Virus record (IMG/VR): IMGVR_UViG_3300012667_000136
Coordinates: 1 to 63,212 of that record
Origin: a virus
Taxonomy: Duplodnaviria; Caudoviricetes
Strand: one strand, 5' to 3'
Length of the DNA: 63,212 nucleotides
Program-made: the position numbers and the translations under genes
Part shown: piece after piece, positions 38,743 to 49,128 of the stretch
How positions within the stretch are numbered: the stretch's first letter is position 1
Layout: each line of letters begins with the position of its first letter
Notes under the pieces: generated by a model
The model's database searches: none
Seen by the model: the letters and a program-made list of their open reading frames with translations, nothing else
Told to the model about the DNA's origin: nothing

Positions 38743-39384
38743 ATGTCAGAAACTCAAAACACTAAAATACCCGAAAAGAAGCCTAACGAAGTAGGTGGGT
38801 TTCATTTCGAGGGTCATATTAAGATATTTGACCCAGAAACTGGAGAAGTTTTTCAAGATAAACGAAATGCGATTCATTATGAAAATATGAGTGTAGCAAT
38901 GGTAAATTCGTTATCGAATCAAGGCCAGGGCACTGTGTACGAGATGGTGTTTGGAAACGGTGGTACTACTGTTGATCCTACAGGACTTATTACATATTTG
39001 ACTCCAAATACTATCGGTACTAACACTAGTTTGTATAACCAAACTTATACTAAGATAGTAGATCAGAATGCATCTGAAAATACAGATCCTGTTAGGAACA
39101 AGATGGAAATTCGTCACATTAGTGGTGCAACTTATAGTGATATTATTATTAGTTGTATTTTAGACTACGGCGAGCCTGACGGACAAGAAGCATATGATAA
39201 TAGCCAAGATTTAGCAGGCGACTTTGTATTTGACGAGTTGGGCCTTCGATCTTTCAATCCTTTAGGTGACGGAAAGTTATTAACACATGTGGTATTTCAT
39301 CCTGTGCAAAAATCATTAAACAGATTACTCCAGATCGATTACACAATTCGTATCCAGAGTTTAACTAGTTTCACAGAGGTTTAA
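38743..39384 (+). CDS. Baseplate/tail-fibre attachment structural protein (putative)
   Basis: Sits between the giant baseplate gene and the fibres. FDELGL...LLTHVVFHPVQKS.NR...IDYTIRI ending. Confidence 0.55.
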   Translation: MSETQNTKIPEKKPNEVGGFHFEGHIKIFDPETGEVFQDKRNAIHYENMSVAMVNSLSNQGQGTVYEMVFGNGGTTVDPTGLITYLTPNTIGTNTSLYNQTYTKIVDQNASENTDPVRNKMEIRHISGATYSDIIISCILDYGEPDGQEAYDNSQDLAGDFVFDELGLRSFNPLGDGKLLTHVVFHPVQKSLNRLLQIDYTIRIQSLTSFTEV

Positions 39385-39387
39385 TAA

Positions 39388-41460
39388 ATGCCATATATTG
39401 TTAATTTTACAGATAAAGAAAATAAACTACCAATTACAGTTTATGATAACACCTCTAGTACAGATACTAGTTTAGTGTTTCCTGGAAGGAATGTTACTGG
39501 ATACGGACAAACTATTGCAGAGAATTTTTTAGCATTACTAGAAAATTTTGCAAAAGAAACAGCGCCAGTAAATCCTATTGAAGGACAGTTATGGTTTGAT
39601 ACCAGTGACGGTGTTCTAAAACTATGGGATAGTACTACTTGGAAAGCTGCCTCTAACATTCAGAAGGGAGGCGTTGAGCCAGCCACTGAGCAAAGTAAAG
39701 TAGGCGAACTTTGGGTAGATACTACTAACCAGCAACTTTATGTATATTCTGGTACTAGATGGATTTTAGTTGGACCTAATTTCTCAACAGGTTTGCGAAG
39801 CGGCCCGATTGTTGAAGAAGTTATTGACTCTGATAACATTGCTAGAGTAGTATTAATTTTTTATGTCGAAGATAATCCTGTAATTATTTTTAGTAAAGAT
39901 GCATTTACACCTAAAATTTCTATCACTGGTTTTGTAACAATTAAATCAGGATTAAACATAACAGCTAACGATATTGCAGCCAACGGAGCAGAAACTAAAA
40001 TTTGGGGAACTGCAACTGCTGCTGAATCTTTAATAGTATCTGATGTAGAGATTGCAGCTAGCAAATTTTTAAGATCTGATATTGTTAATACTATTGACTA
40101 CGGTCTTAACGTAAGAAACAACCAAGGTATTACTATTGGTATCGATGGTACATTTAGTGTAACAAATAGTGATACTGCTGCAAAGATTTATAATTCTAAT
40201 CCAGGTAGTAGCGTTGACTTACAAGTTAACAGAGATGGTATTCCTACTACTGTTCTTCGAGTAATTAACAATACCGTAGGCGTTAACGTTGCAAGCCCAG
40301 ACGAAGCATTGCACATTGACGGCAATATTAAATCTAACGGTTCTATAATTTTAACAGATACTACAGCTAGTACTAACTTTAACAACGGAACATTTAGAAC
40401 AGCAGGTGGCGCAGCAATTGGAAAGAATTTATTAATAGGCGATGGACTCCAGGTCACAGGAACCAGTGTGTTTAACACGGTACAACCTACAACAACTGAT
40501 ACCTATGATTTAGGAACAGAAATTAAACGCTGGAAAACTGTTAGAGCTAAGACATTAATTGCAGAAACAATCGAAGGTGTTCTTACAGGAAACATTGTTG
40601 GTAATTCTTCAACATCAACCAACCTTAAATTTACAACTACATTTAAGATGGAAGGTGATGTAACATCACCGAGCCTTCAATTCGATGGACAAGTTGGCGG
40701 GTTAACAAAAACATTTACAACCTCACTAACGTCTGGACTTATCAGTAGTAAAAGTGAACCGTTGCCAAACATATCAAAACCTACAGACTTTGTTTTAGTC
40801 TATAGAGGATCTGAGGGACTTTTAAAAGAATCAAGGAATGTGTTTGTTGGCGACCTAGGAGTTCCGATGGGCGGCATACTACCATTTGCGGGAGCAGAAG
40901 TTCCATACGGATATCTGCTATGTGACGGTAGTGAAGTAGAAAGAACAAAGTATAGCGACTTATACGACATAGTAGGTACTATCTATAATGGATCAGTGCC
41001 GTTGGTAGGTGTTAACACATTTAGATTACCGGATCTAAGGGGTAGATTTCCATTAGGTCGTGATAACATGGACAATGGCGGTACAGTACCAAACACTACC
41101 GGCGGTTATGTAGATGCAGGTGGCGGCAACGTTGATAGAGTAGCAGGTACTGCCCCTGATAACTTAGGTGATGGTGGCGGTCAAAGTTCTAATGCATTGA
41201 CTGTTTCGAATCTACCAGAACATGAACACAGTATGAAAGGATCAACAGGTCAGCAATATTATGCGACCAGGGTCGATAGTGCAATTCCTGTTGATACAGG
41301 ATCATTATCGGACAAAGGTCCAACTACAGTCGGTCAGAGCCAATATATCCCTTCCAGTGGCGGCATTAAAACTGCTGGTAGTTTAGGACAGCAGTTCTCT
41401 GTTATGAATCCGTTTTTAACATTGAACTACATTATTCGTTCCGGCCCAGCGGCATTCTAA
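39388..41460 (+). CDS. Tail fibre with phage tail-collar domain (short-fibre-like)
   Basis: PMGGILPFAG...PYGYLLCDGSEVERTKYSDLYDIVG.....FRLPDLRGRFPLG and terminal NPFLTLNYII; shared fibre N-terminal domain. Confidence 0.85.
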   Translation: MPYIVNFTDKENKLPITVYDNTSSTDTSLVFPGRNVTGYGQTIAENFLALLENFAKETAPVNPIEGQLWFDTSDGVLKLWDSTTWKAASNIQKGGVEPATEQSKVGELWVDTTNQQLYVYSGTRWILVGPNFSTGLRSGPIVEEVIDSDNIARVVLIFYVEDNPVIIFSKDAFTPKISITGFVTIKSGLNITANDIAANGAETKIWGTATAAESLIVSDVEIAASKFLRSDIVNTIDYGLNVRNNQGITIGIDGTFSVTNSDTAAKIYNSNPGSSVDLQVNRDGIPTTVLRVINNTVGVNVASPDEALHIDGNIKSNGSIILTDTTASTNFNNGTFRTAGGAAIGKNLLIGDGLQVTGTSVFNTVQPTTTDTYDLGTEIKRWKTVRAKTLIAETIEGVLTGNIVGNSSTSTNLKFTTTFKMEGDVTSPSLQFDGQVGGLTKTFTTSLTSGLISSKSEPLPNISKPTDFVLVYRGSEGLLKESRNVFVGDLGVPMGGILPFAGAEVPYGYLLCDGSEVERTKYSDLYDIVGTIYNGSVPLVGVNTFRLPDLRGRFPLGRDNMDNGGTVPNTTGGYVDAGGGNVDRVAGTAPDNLGDGGGQSSNALTVSNLPEHEHSMKGSTGQQYYATRVDSAIPVDTGSLSDKGPTTVGQSQYIPSSGGIKTAGSLGQQFSVMNPFLTLNYIIRSGPAAF

Positions 41461-41471
41461 GGTAAAGAGAC

Positions 41472-43310
41472 ATGGCATATACAATTAACAAAACTGACGG
41501 AACAATTTTAGCTACAGTTGCCGACGGGCAAGTAGACACATTGTCGAGTGATTTAACACTAATCGGAAAAAATTACAGCGGCTTCGGCGAATCATTAAAC
41601 GAAAATTTAATCAAGATGCTAGAGAATTTCTCTAGCTCGTCTGCACCAGTACATCCGATTAAAGGACAAATTTGGTTTGATGTAACTGAACTAAAATTAA
41701 AAGTCTATAACGGAACAGGCTTTGTACCAGTTAGCTCTGCTACTATTTCAGGAACTCGCCCAACTACATTAGGTGTTGGAGATTTATGGTTTAACGACAT
41801 AGACAAGCAGTTATACTTCTTTGATGGAACTAACACAATTTTATTAGGACCGTCGTATTCGGTTAGTCAGGGCGTTAGCGGATTAAAAGTATCAAACATT
41901 TTAGATACACTAAACCAAAATCGAGTAGTTACATATCTATATACTAACGGAATTTTGTTAGGTATATTTGCTAAAGATAGCTTTACTCCAAAGATAGCAA
42001 TTGATGGATTTACAGGAAATATTGAGCCAGGATTTAATGCTGGTTCGTTGGCCGGTATTAAATTTAACGTAACATCATCTAACTCGGACAAGTTAGGAAA
42101 TCAACCAGCTAGTGCATATGTTCGAAACGATACTTCAAACATTGTTAACGGACAGATTATTATTTCTTCTAATCTAGGATTGATCGTAGGTGACGCAAAC
42201 CAAGGCCAGTTCCAGGTGCAAGACGGTAATTTAATTATTGCTAACATTGCTTCTAACAAAAATCTAGTTCTTAACGTTAGACGAGACGTTATTGCTGAAG
42301 CTGCGATTGAAATTGAATCGGCTAACAGAACCATTAGATTATATGATGGATATCCAACTAGTGAAGTTGTAGTTAGCGGTAGTTTAACAGTTGATGGAAA
42401 TTTAACAGTTAACGGAGACATTGTAACAGTTAACACTAGTGTAATGACTATTGAAGATAAAAATCTTATCTTAGCAAGACAAACAGATGTTACTCCTACT
42501 GATGCTAACGCAGCAACCGGTGGCCTCATATTGCAAGGAGCATCGAGTCATATATTCTTATGGCATGATGTTGGACAGGCTGCTCAAGCAGCATCGGATG
42601 AAGCATTAGCTAACGGATATAATGATGCATTGCCTGCATTAGCAAGTCAAGCATGGACTAGCACAGAGCATTTAAATTTAGCCACAGGCAAAGAATTTAA
42701 AATTGACGGAGTTACAGTATTATCGGCCACAGCACTAGGTCCGGGAATTACAAGTATTCCTGGTGTAACATCTTTCGGTGCCCAGACACAACTAACAGTT
42801 GACGATCTCTATCTCAACGATGCTGCAATAGAAGTTACAGCATCGAACACTGATTTATCGTTAATTATAAATGGTACAGGTACTTTAAATTTAGGTAATA
42901 AGAAAATATCAAATGTTGCAGACCCAACATCGGCCCAAGATGCTGCAACGAGAGAGTATGTTGATGATACCGTTGAATCTCGAAGCCTTGTTTTTAGCAT
43001 GGATATTTCCGACGGTATTGCTAATTCGGGTATTGCTGCATTATTGGAACAGATTGCTCCGATAGCAGAGTATCGAAACGGAACAATAGCACGTATTCTA
43101 TGTTCGTTTGCAGTTAACGGAACTACAAATTTAGATATTAATCCGTTAGTTTCTACCAGTTCTCTAGAATTTGTAACACCAACAGGGTCAGCATTTGGAT
43201 TGAATAACATAAGTTTTGCATCTGCAACTATTGCTGCTCCAGGCTTATCTATCTCCAGAACAGTTAAGACATTCCAAATTATTAGCAATGCTTGGACATT
43301 TGTAAGTTAA
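41472..43310 (+). CDS. Tail fibre paralogue
   Basis: Shared N-terminus GKNYSGFGE..NEN...LENF...P..P..GQIWFD and the VADPTSAQDAATREYVD fibre motif. Confidence 0.75.
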   Translation: MAYTINKTDGTILATVADGQVDTLSSDLTLIGKNYSGFGESLNENLIKMLENFSSSSAPVHPIKGQIWFDVTELKLKVYNGTGFVPVSSATISGTRPTTLGVGDLWFNDIDKQLYFFDGTNTILLGPSYSVSQGVSGLKVSNILDTLNQNRVVTYLYTNGILLGIFAKDSFTPKIAIDGFTGNIEPGFNAGSLAGIKFNVTSSNSDKLGNQPASAYVRNDTSNIVNGQIIISSNLGLIVGDANQGQFQVQDGNLIIANIASNKNLVLNVRRDVIAEAAIEIESANRTIRLYDGYPTSEVVVSGSLTVDGNLTVNGDIVTVNTSVMTIEDKNLILARQTDVTPTDANAATGGLILQGASSHIFLWHDVGQAAQAASDEALANGYNDALPALASQAWTSTEHLNLATGKEFKIDGVTVLSATALGPGITSIPGVTSFGAQTQLTVDDLYLNDAAIEVTASNTDLSLIINGTGTLNLGNKKISNVADPTSAQDAATREYVDDTVESRSLVFSMDISDGIANSGIAALLEQIAPIAEYRNGTIARILCSFAVNGTTNLDINPLVSTSSLEFVTPTGSAFGLNNISFASATIAAPGLSISRTVKTFQIISNAWTFVS

Positions 43311-43313
43311 TGA

Positions 43314-43320
43314 GTAAATA
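43314..43320 (+). promoter_or_regulatory. T4-late-type promoter (GTAAATA)
   Basis: Intergenic, upstream of 43336. Confidence 0.5.
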
Positions 43321-43335
43321 TGTAGGGAGCGACGA

Positions 43336-45150
43336 ATGGCATATATAATCAACAGGGCTAGCGGTACTAAATTAGTGGTGCTAGATGACGGTACTTTAGA
43401 TACTTCTACTAGCATCGGCTTATTAGGACGTAACTACACCGGGTACGGTGAAGTTCAAAACGAAAATTTTTTATATCTATTAGAAAATTTCGCAAACGAT
43501 AAACCACCAGCAAGGCCGTTGTCGGGACAAACATGGTACGATACCATTACTAATTCATTGAATGTGTATAACGGTTCTGCTTGGTCCCCAGTAGGATCGG
43601 CAGTTGTTTCACAAAGCGAACCGGAAGGATTTAACGGCAGCTTATGGTATAACACTATTACTGATCAACTATCTGTGTTTGAAGACGGCATTTGGAAATT
43701 AATAGGACCAGAAGCTGTAGAGGGTTTTGGGCTTACTAGATTAAAAGCAAGAAGTGTTTTAGACTCCGAGGGTATCAACCATGTTGTTTTAGAACTGTTT
43801 GTAGACGGAGTTCAATTAGCGATATGTGCTAATGCTACATTTGTTTTAAATGATATTAATTTAATAGAAGGGTTTAGCGAACTAAAACCAGGTATTAACA
43901 TTAATTCCTTGAAAAGTTTCGTAGGTACACTTACTGGGAATGCAGAGTCAGCATCTCGATTATCATCTAATAATACCATTAACGGCGTTGTGTTTGATGG
44001 TAATAACGATATAACAATTACAGCGAACACAACAAATTTATTAACCAGAGGAACCTACCTCACTGGCAGTAATTTTAATGGGTCAGCAGCAACTACTTGG
44101 GCAGTAGATGCATCGTCTGCTAATACTATAGGAAAGGTCGTTGCTAGAGACAGCGCAGGAAATTTCGAAGCAGGAACTATTACTGCTAATTTACAAGGTA
44201 CTGTTACTGGTAATGTCACAGCAACTACCGGCACTAGCTCGTTTAATATTGTACAGGCAAATCAATTCATCGGAGCAACATTGTCCGGAAATGCAGATAC
44301 TGCATCAAGATTGGCCACCGCTAGAACCATTAACGGAGTTGCATTTGACGGGTTGAATAACATAACTATTCCTGTTGCTGCTGAGAATATTTCAGGAACA
44401 ACAATTGCGTCTACTGTAATAACCAGTAGCCTTACATCAGTTGGTACACTAAACAGTGTAGATGTAAGTACAACAGGTTATATTACCATAGGTGGACCAG
44501 ACCCAGTATCTGCTACATTAGCTGTTACTATAGACGGTGTTACACCTACATTTACTGGAAACACAGGATCTATCAATATCGCTATTGCTGATTCTACTCA
44601 AATAGATGATATTGCAAGTTTTGCATTTGTAAACTCAACAATATCTCTTACAGTAGGCGGTCCTGCTGCCCCGGCATTTATTCCAGATTCTGAAAATACA
44701 ACAAATTTAGGTATATCGACACGTAAGTGGAATACAGTATATGCTAACTTCTTTGATGGAGTTGCAACATCTGCTAGATATGCAGACTTAGCTGAGAACT
44801 ATGTTGCTGATGCTGAGTACGAACCAGGCACAGTATTAGAATTTGGCGGCGAAAACGAAGTAACCTTAGCTAGTGACGGTACTAACAAACTAGCAGGTAT
44901 TGTTACAACAAACCCTGCATACCTAATGAATAGTGAATGTGCAGGAGAGTTTATTGCAGGTATAGCCCTACAAGGGCGTGTACCGTGCAAAGTTAGAGGA
45001 ACAATCCGTAAGGGCGACATGCTTATTAGCGGAGGTGATGGGTTTGCTAGACCGTGTTTCCAACCAGCAATAGGCACTGTAATTGGTAAAGCTCTTGCTG
45101 ATTTTAACGGCACTTCGGGCGTAATTGAAGTAGCTGTAGGTAGAAATTAA
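43336..45150 (+). CDS. Tail fibre paralogue with C-terminal intramolecular-chaperone/autocleavage-like domain
   Basis: Shared N-terminus; ASRLATARTINGVAFDG repeats; ARYADLAENY...PAYLMN...IALQGRVPCKV. Confidence 0.78.
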   Translation: MAYIINRASGTKLVVLDDGTLDTSTSIGLLGRNYTGYGEVQNENFLYLLENFANDKPPARPLSGQTWYDTITNSLNVYNGSAWSPVGSAVVSQSEPEGFNGSLWYNTITDQLSVFEDGIWKLIGPEAVEGFGLTRLKARSVLDSEGINHVVLELFVDGVQLAICANATFVLNDINLIEGFSELKPGININSLKSFVGTLTGNAESASRLSSNNTINGVVFDGNNDITITANTTNLLTRGTYLTGSNFNGSAATTWAVDASSANTIGKVVARDSAGNFEAGTITANLQGTVTGNVTATTGTSSFNIVQANQFIGATLSGNADTASRLATARTINGVAFDGLNNITIPVAAENISGTTIASTVITSSLTSVGTLNSVDVSTTGYITIGGPDPVSATLAVTIDGVTPTFTGNTGSINIAIADSTQIDDIASFAFVNSTISLTVGGPAAPAFIPDSENTTNLGISTRKWNTVYANFFDGVATSARYADLAENYVADAEYEPGTVLEFGGENEVTLASDGTNKLAGIVTTNPAYLMNSECAGEFIAGIALQGRVPCKVRGTIRKGDMLISGGDGFARPCFQPAIGTVIGKALADFNGTSGVIEVAVGRN

Positions 45151-45165
45151 ATCATGCAAATTACG

Positions 45166-45172
45166 ATAAATA
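45166..45172 (+). promoter_or_regulatory. T4-late-type promoter (ATAAATA)
   Basis: Intergenic, upstream of 45195, which has a GGAG RBS. Confidence 0.6.
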
Positions 45173-45194
45173 ACAGTTATAACGGAGTTGATCA

Positions 45195-46949
45195 ATGGCA
45201 TATCAAGTAGACAAATTTAATGGAACATTCTTAGTCTCTGTCGACGACGGAACCATTGATACTACCACCGATTTGCGTTTTGTAGGTAAGAATTATGCTG
45301 GTTACGGCGAAGTACAAAACGAAAACTTTTTACATTTATTAGAGAGCTTTGCTAATACATCGGCACCTCCTAAATCTATTAACGGTCAGGTGTGGTACGA
45401 TAGCGGTAATAAAAAGTTAAAATTCTATGATGGTTCTCAATACAGAACAGCAAGTGGCGCAGAAGTAGGCCCAACTGCACCTTCTGGATTGCAAGCTGGA
45501 GATTTCTGGTTCGATACAAGTTCGGAACAGTTGCATACTTGGAATGGAACAGATTTTATTTTAATTGGTCCAGAAACTGCTCCTGATTTAGGTGCTAGTG
45601 CAGTATCTTCTCAGGTTGTAAAAGATAATTTAGGTAATAACCATACAATTGTAAAGTTCCAATCTGGCGGTGATATTATATCATTGGTTAGTAAGGATGC
45701 GTTTACACTAGATAGTGCTATAAATCCTATCACTGGATTTACTACAATCAAAAAAGGTATTAATTTAGTTAACACAAACGGTACAACCGGTGTTACTAGT
45801 ACCGATCATTACTTCTGGGGAACCGCTAGTAATGCCGCAAGATTGGGAGGATACCCAGCTGCCGACTTCCTTAGAACAGGGGAAGTATCATTTACTCAAG
45901 AAATTTCATTTAATGACGCTGGTTTTACAATCGGTGACCAAAACGATATACGTTTTAGAATTGAAAACGGTGACGAACCTGTAATCGAGAATCGCTTAGG
46001 TAATACTATTACTATGCGTATCAGGATAACAGACAGTGATCTACGAAATGTTGCAATTTTTACCCCAACTGCAATTTTACCAGGAACTACTGACTTCTTT
46101 AACATCGGTAGTTTAACTAGCAAGTATGCTAATATCTATGCAACAACACTATTAGGAAATCTTACGGGTAATGTAACTGGAGATTTAGTAGGAGTTCACA
46201 AAGGAAATATACTGGCTAGTGACTTATCTGTTGCATTTAATGCTGCTGATAAAACATTTTCTGGAGCATTTTCTGGCACACTAACAGGAAACGTTATTGG
46301 TTCTATTACCGGTACAGCAACTAATGCATTAACACTTAATAGCTTAGTTGGCGAGTTAGGATCTGTTGTAAATTCTATTGCATTAAGAGATAGTTCGGCT
46401 AATATTACAGCAAACAGATTTATAGGCCTTGCAGATAAGGCAGACAGAATTAAAATTGATAACAGTGCTACTGATACAGACCCATCTTATAAGTCAGCTA
46501 AAACAACGGCAACTGCAAACACCATTGCAGCAAGAGACGGTTCTGGAAATCTTACAGCAAACTTATTCCAAGGTACTGCTACTGCTGCTCAATACGCTGA
46601 TTTAGCTGAAAAGTATTTGCCAGATGCAGAATATGCTCCTGGCACAGTTATGATGATCGGTGGCGAAAAAGAAGTTACTGCTAGCGTATGGGGTAAACGT
46701 GCGATTGGTGTAATTAGTACTAACCCGGCATACATGATGAATAAAGACTTAGAAGGCGGCGTTTACGTTGCCTTAAAAGGTCGTGTGCCTTGCAAAGTTA
46801 TTGGACGTATTAAGAAAGGTGAAGACCTAATTGCAACTAATGACGGATGTGCAATGATGGCAGTACCACATGCAAGCGGTGTATTTGCCGTTGCTTTAGA
46901 AAGCAGCGACGACGAAGGCATTAAAACTATTGAAGCATTAGTATTATAA
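45195..46949 (+). CDS. Tail fibre paralogue with C-terminal intramolecular-chaperone/autocleavage-like domain
   Basis: Shared N-terminus; AQYADLAEKY...PAYMMN...VALKGRVPCKV. Confidence 0.78.
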   Translation: MAYQVDKFNGTFLVSVDDGTIDTTTDLRFVGKNYAGYGEVQNENFLHLLESFANTSAPPKSINGQVWYDSGNKKLKFYDGSQYRTASGAEVGPTAPSGLQAGDFWFDTSSEQLHTWNGTDFILIGPETAPDLGASAVSSQVVKDNLGNNHTIVKFQSGGDIISLVSKDAFTLDSAINPITGFTTIKKGINLVNTNGTTGVTSTDHYFWGTASNAARLGGYPAADFLRTGEVSFTQEISFNDAGFTIGDQNDIRFRIENGDEPVIENRLGNTITMRIRITDSDLRNVAIFTPTAILPGTTDFFNIGSLTSKYANIYATTLLGNLTGNVTGDLVGVHKGNILASDLSVAFNAADKTFSGAFSGTLTGNVIGSITGTATNALTLNSLVGELGSVVNSIALRDSSANITANRFIGLADKADRIKIDNSATDTDPSYKSAKTTATANTIAARDGSGNLTANLFQGTATAAQYADLAEKYLPDAEYAPGTVMMIGGEKEVTASVWGKRAIGVISTNPAYMMNKDLEGGVYVALKGRVPCKVIGRIKKGEDLIATNDGCAMMAVPHASGVFAVALESSDDEGIKTIEALVL

Positions 46950-46958
46950 GGATAAGAC

Positions 46959-47864
46959 ATGGCAATCGGCGATATAATTTCGGCAACGGACTACAACACA
47001 ATTAGAACTAAAATTATCAACGTTATGTCTGACGGAGCAGGTAATACTGGTTATGGTCAAACAACGTTTAGTTCGGCAGTTGCTACCGGAAACACGATAA
47101 CTAAAGCACAGTGGGATGCATTGAGATACGATATTTACAATGCATTGTATCATCAAACAGGATCTGTTCCTAGTATTGTACAAGTTGCTGCTGGTGACGT
47201 TGTTAGATTCGGCGCAAGTAATCCGAACACACAATACTCTACATTAGCAGATACTGCTACAACAAATAGATTTGACATAGGCACAGGGCAATTCCTCACA
47301 GAAGTTAAAGGGTCAGTTACTAGAACTGATTCTTGGTATTCGAGTGTTTCCTCTACTGTAGTTGTAACATTTTCTACTCAATACCATTGCAATCACTTTT
47401 TTAACAGTGGCGGCAAGGTAAGATTTGCAAGTTCTAGAACGGGCGGAGCATCGGTTGCTCAGAACACTGCCTGGAGTAACTTATTGGCAACAGCCGGAAC
47501 TCAGTTATTTTCTGCAACATCTACGCTAAATCTTTACAATTTAACTAGCAGTCCTCAAACATTTTATACTGTTTCTAGTAGTAGTCCATATTCTGCCAAC
47601 ACTTATAGAATACAGGCTAGCTGTAACGTTGCTAATAATGCCGGCGGTACAGCAAACATATTGACATTTAATGTAAGTTGGATCGATAACTATGTAGATC
47701 CAGGTCCATCGACCCCGGAAAATTTACCACCTGGTGACTTAGTTGACGGCACATTGTCGTTATATGTTGATCAGATTAGAGCCTACGGTAATTTACAACC
47801 TAGCGGAATATTTACGATTGCCGGACCATCCGGATATACTGTATCAGCAATTAGCGGAACTTAA
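46959..47864 (+). CDS. Putative tail/fibre-tip structural protein
   Basis: Ser/Thr/Gly-rich beta protein directly after the fibres. N-terminal GD.I.A.DYN / GNTITKAQWD repeats; HFFNSGGKVRF. Confidence 0.55.
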   Translation: MAIGDIISATDYNTIRTKIINVMSDGAGNTGYGQTTFSSAVATGNTITKAQWDALRYDIYNALYHQTGSVPSIVQVAAGDVVRFGASNPNTQYSTLADTATTNRFDIGTGQFLTEVKGSVTRTDSWYSSVSSTVVVTFSTQYHCNHFFNSGGKVRFASSRTGGASVAQNTAWSNLLATAGTQLFSATSTLNLYNLTSSPQTFYTVSSSSPYSANTYRIQASCNVANNAGGTANILTFNVSWIDNYVDPGPSTPENLPPGDLVDGTLSLYVDQIRAYGNLQPSGIFTIAGPSGYTVSAISGT

Positions 47865-47888
47865 TTTTTCTACTCCTATAAAGTACTA

Positions 47889-47895
47889 CTAAATA
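47889..47895 (+). promoter_or_regulatory. T4-late-type promoter (CTAAATA) heading the glycosyltransferase operon
   Basis: Intergenic, upstream of 47921, which has an AGGAG RBS. Confidence 0.5.
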
Positions 47896-47920
47896 AAGTG
47901 CGTATTTTATAGGAGATCCC

Positions 47921-48271
47921 ATGGACGAACGTCTACAAAAAGCCTTAGATTTTTCAAACTACAGGCAAACACTATCTATCCAACGTAAAACTCTTAAAGA
48001 GAAAATAAATGCCAAGCTAACCTACGGGTGTCACGGCGGATTATTTAAAATCGATCAATCGTTAATTGCGTTTGTTCAGATGTTAATTGATCAAGAGAGA
48101 ATTGAAAACATTCCGTTAATTGACATTAATGATAATCCTATTTTGATTCCAAATTTAAATGAATTTAAAGAAGAGATTTTAGATAGATATTTCACGGCTA
48201 CCTACGAGTATCTCGAAGAATACGACCGTATTAAATCTAGTAGAAGTGTTGAAAAATTATTAGATCTATGA
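47921..48271 (+). CDS. Hypothetical protein, possibly a tail-fibre-associated chaperone
   Basis: Strong RBS and coupling to the next gene. Function is suggested only by position and a loose sequence pattern. Confidence 0.55.
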   Translation: MDERLQKALDFSNYRQTLSIQRKTLKEKINAKLTYGCHGGLFKIDQSLIAFVQMLIDQERIENIPLIDINDNPILIPNLNEFKEEILDRYFTATYEYLEEYDRIKSSRSVEKLLDL

Positions 48272-49128
48272 ACAACGGAATTTTAATTTTCGCTCACAAT
48301 AATCCTAGTATTGACTATGGATTAATGGCGATCATATCAGGCGGTCTTGCAAAAAAGAAGTTAAATGTTCCTGTTAGTTTAGTTACAGACAAATGGACAA
48401 TAACATGGTTAAAAGAGTCCGGCATGTACTCTACTGCTGAAACGGTATTTGATAAAATTATCGAAGTAGAAAAACCAGTTACTAAAAATACAAGAAAGTT
48501 GCATGACGGATTTGACAGTAAAACAGTACCGTTTGAAAATTCAAATAGACACAGTGTTTGGGACTTATCTCCTTATGACAAAACATTGTTAATTGATAGT
48601 GACTATCTAGTATTTTCAGATTCACTAAATGAATACTGGAGTGTTGATGCTCCGGTTATGATGGGACGTTCGTTGAATGACATTACCGGAGAGCGTGCCG
48701 GAGTTCTTGATAATAGAGTTAGCGAGACTGGAATACATATGTTTTGGGCCACTACTGTGATGTTTGACAAAAGTGCCGAAAGTAAATTCTTTTTCAAGTT
48801 AGTTAATTTTATCAAAGACAACTATATGTATTATGCTGATTTGTTTAGATTTAATCCTAAGCAATTTAGAAATGACATTGCATTTAGTATTGCAAAACAT
48901 ATAATGAATGGGTTTGAAACAGAATTTGTTTATACATTACCTCCTGTATTATCGATATTTGATAAAGATATGCTAATAGATGTTGATAAAGATAAATTGA
49001 TATTCTTAGTAGATAAGCCACTCGACTGTGGAAGTTTTTGGGCTGCACAGACCTCGGGTGTTGATGTTCATATTATGAATAAGCAAAGCATTATTAGAAA
49101 CAAAGATTTATTGTTGGGGATGATATGA
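48268..49128 (+). CDS. GT-A fold glycosyltransferase (GT8-like)
   Basis: LSPYDKTLLIDSDYL (DxD), FRND.AFS, C-terminal HIMNK. Confidence 0.7.
   Translation: MNNGILIFAHNNPSIDYGLMAIISGGLAKKKLNVPVSLVTDKWTITWLKESGMYSTAETVFDKIIEVEKPVTKNTRKLHDGFDSKTVPFENSNRHSVWDLSPYDKTLLIDSDYLVFSDSLNEYWSVDAPVMMGRSLNDITGERAGVLDNRVSETGIHMFWATTVMFDKSAESKFFFKLVNFIKDNYMYYADLFRFNPKQFRNDIAFSIAKHIMNGFETEFVYTLPPVLSIFDKDMLIDVDKDKLIFLVDKPLDCGSFWAAQTSGVDVHIMNKQSIIRNKDLLLGMI

Noticed and set aside
39388-47864. Diversity-generating retroelement or invertible tail-fibre cassette
   Set aside because: No reverse transcriptase or invertase, no adenine-specific template/variable repeat pair and no flanking inverted repeats seen.
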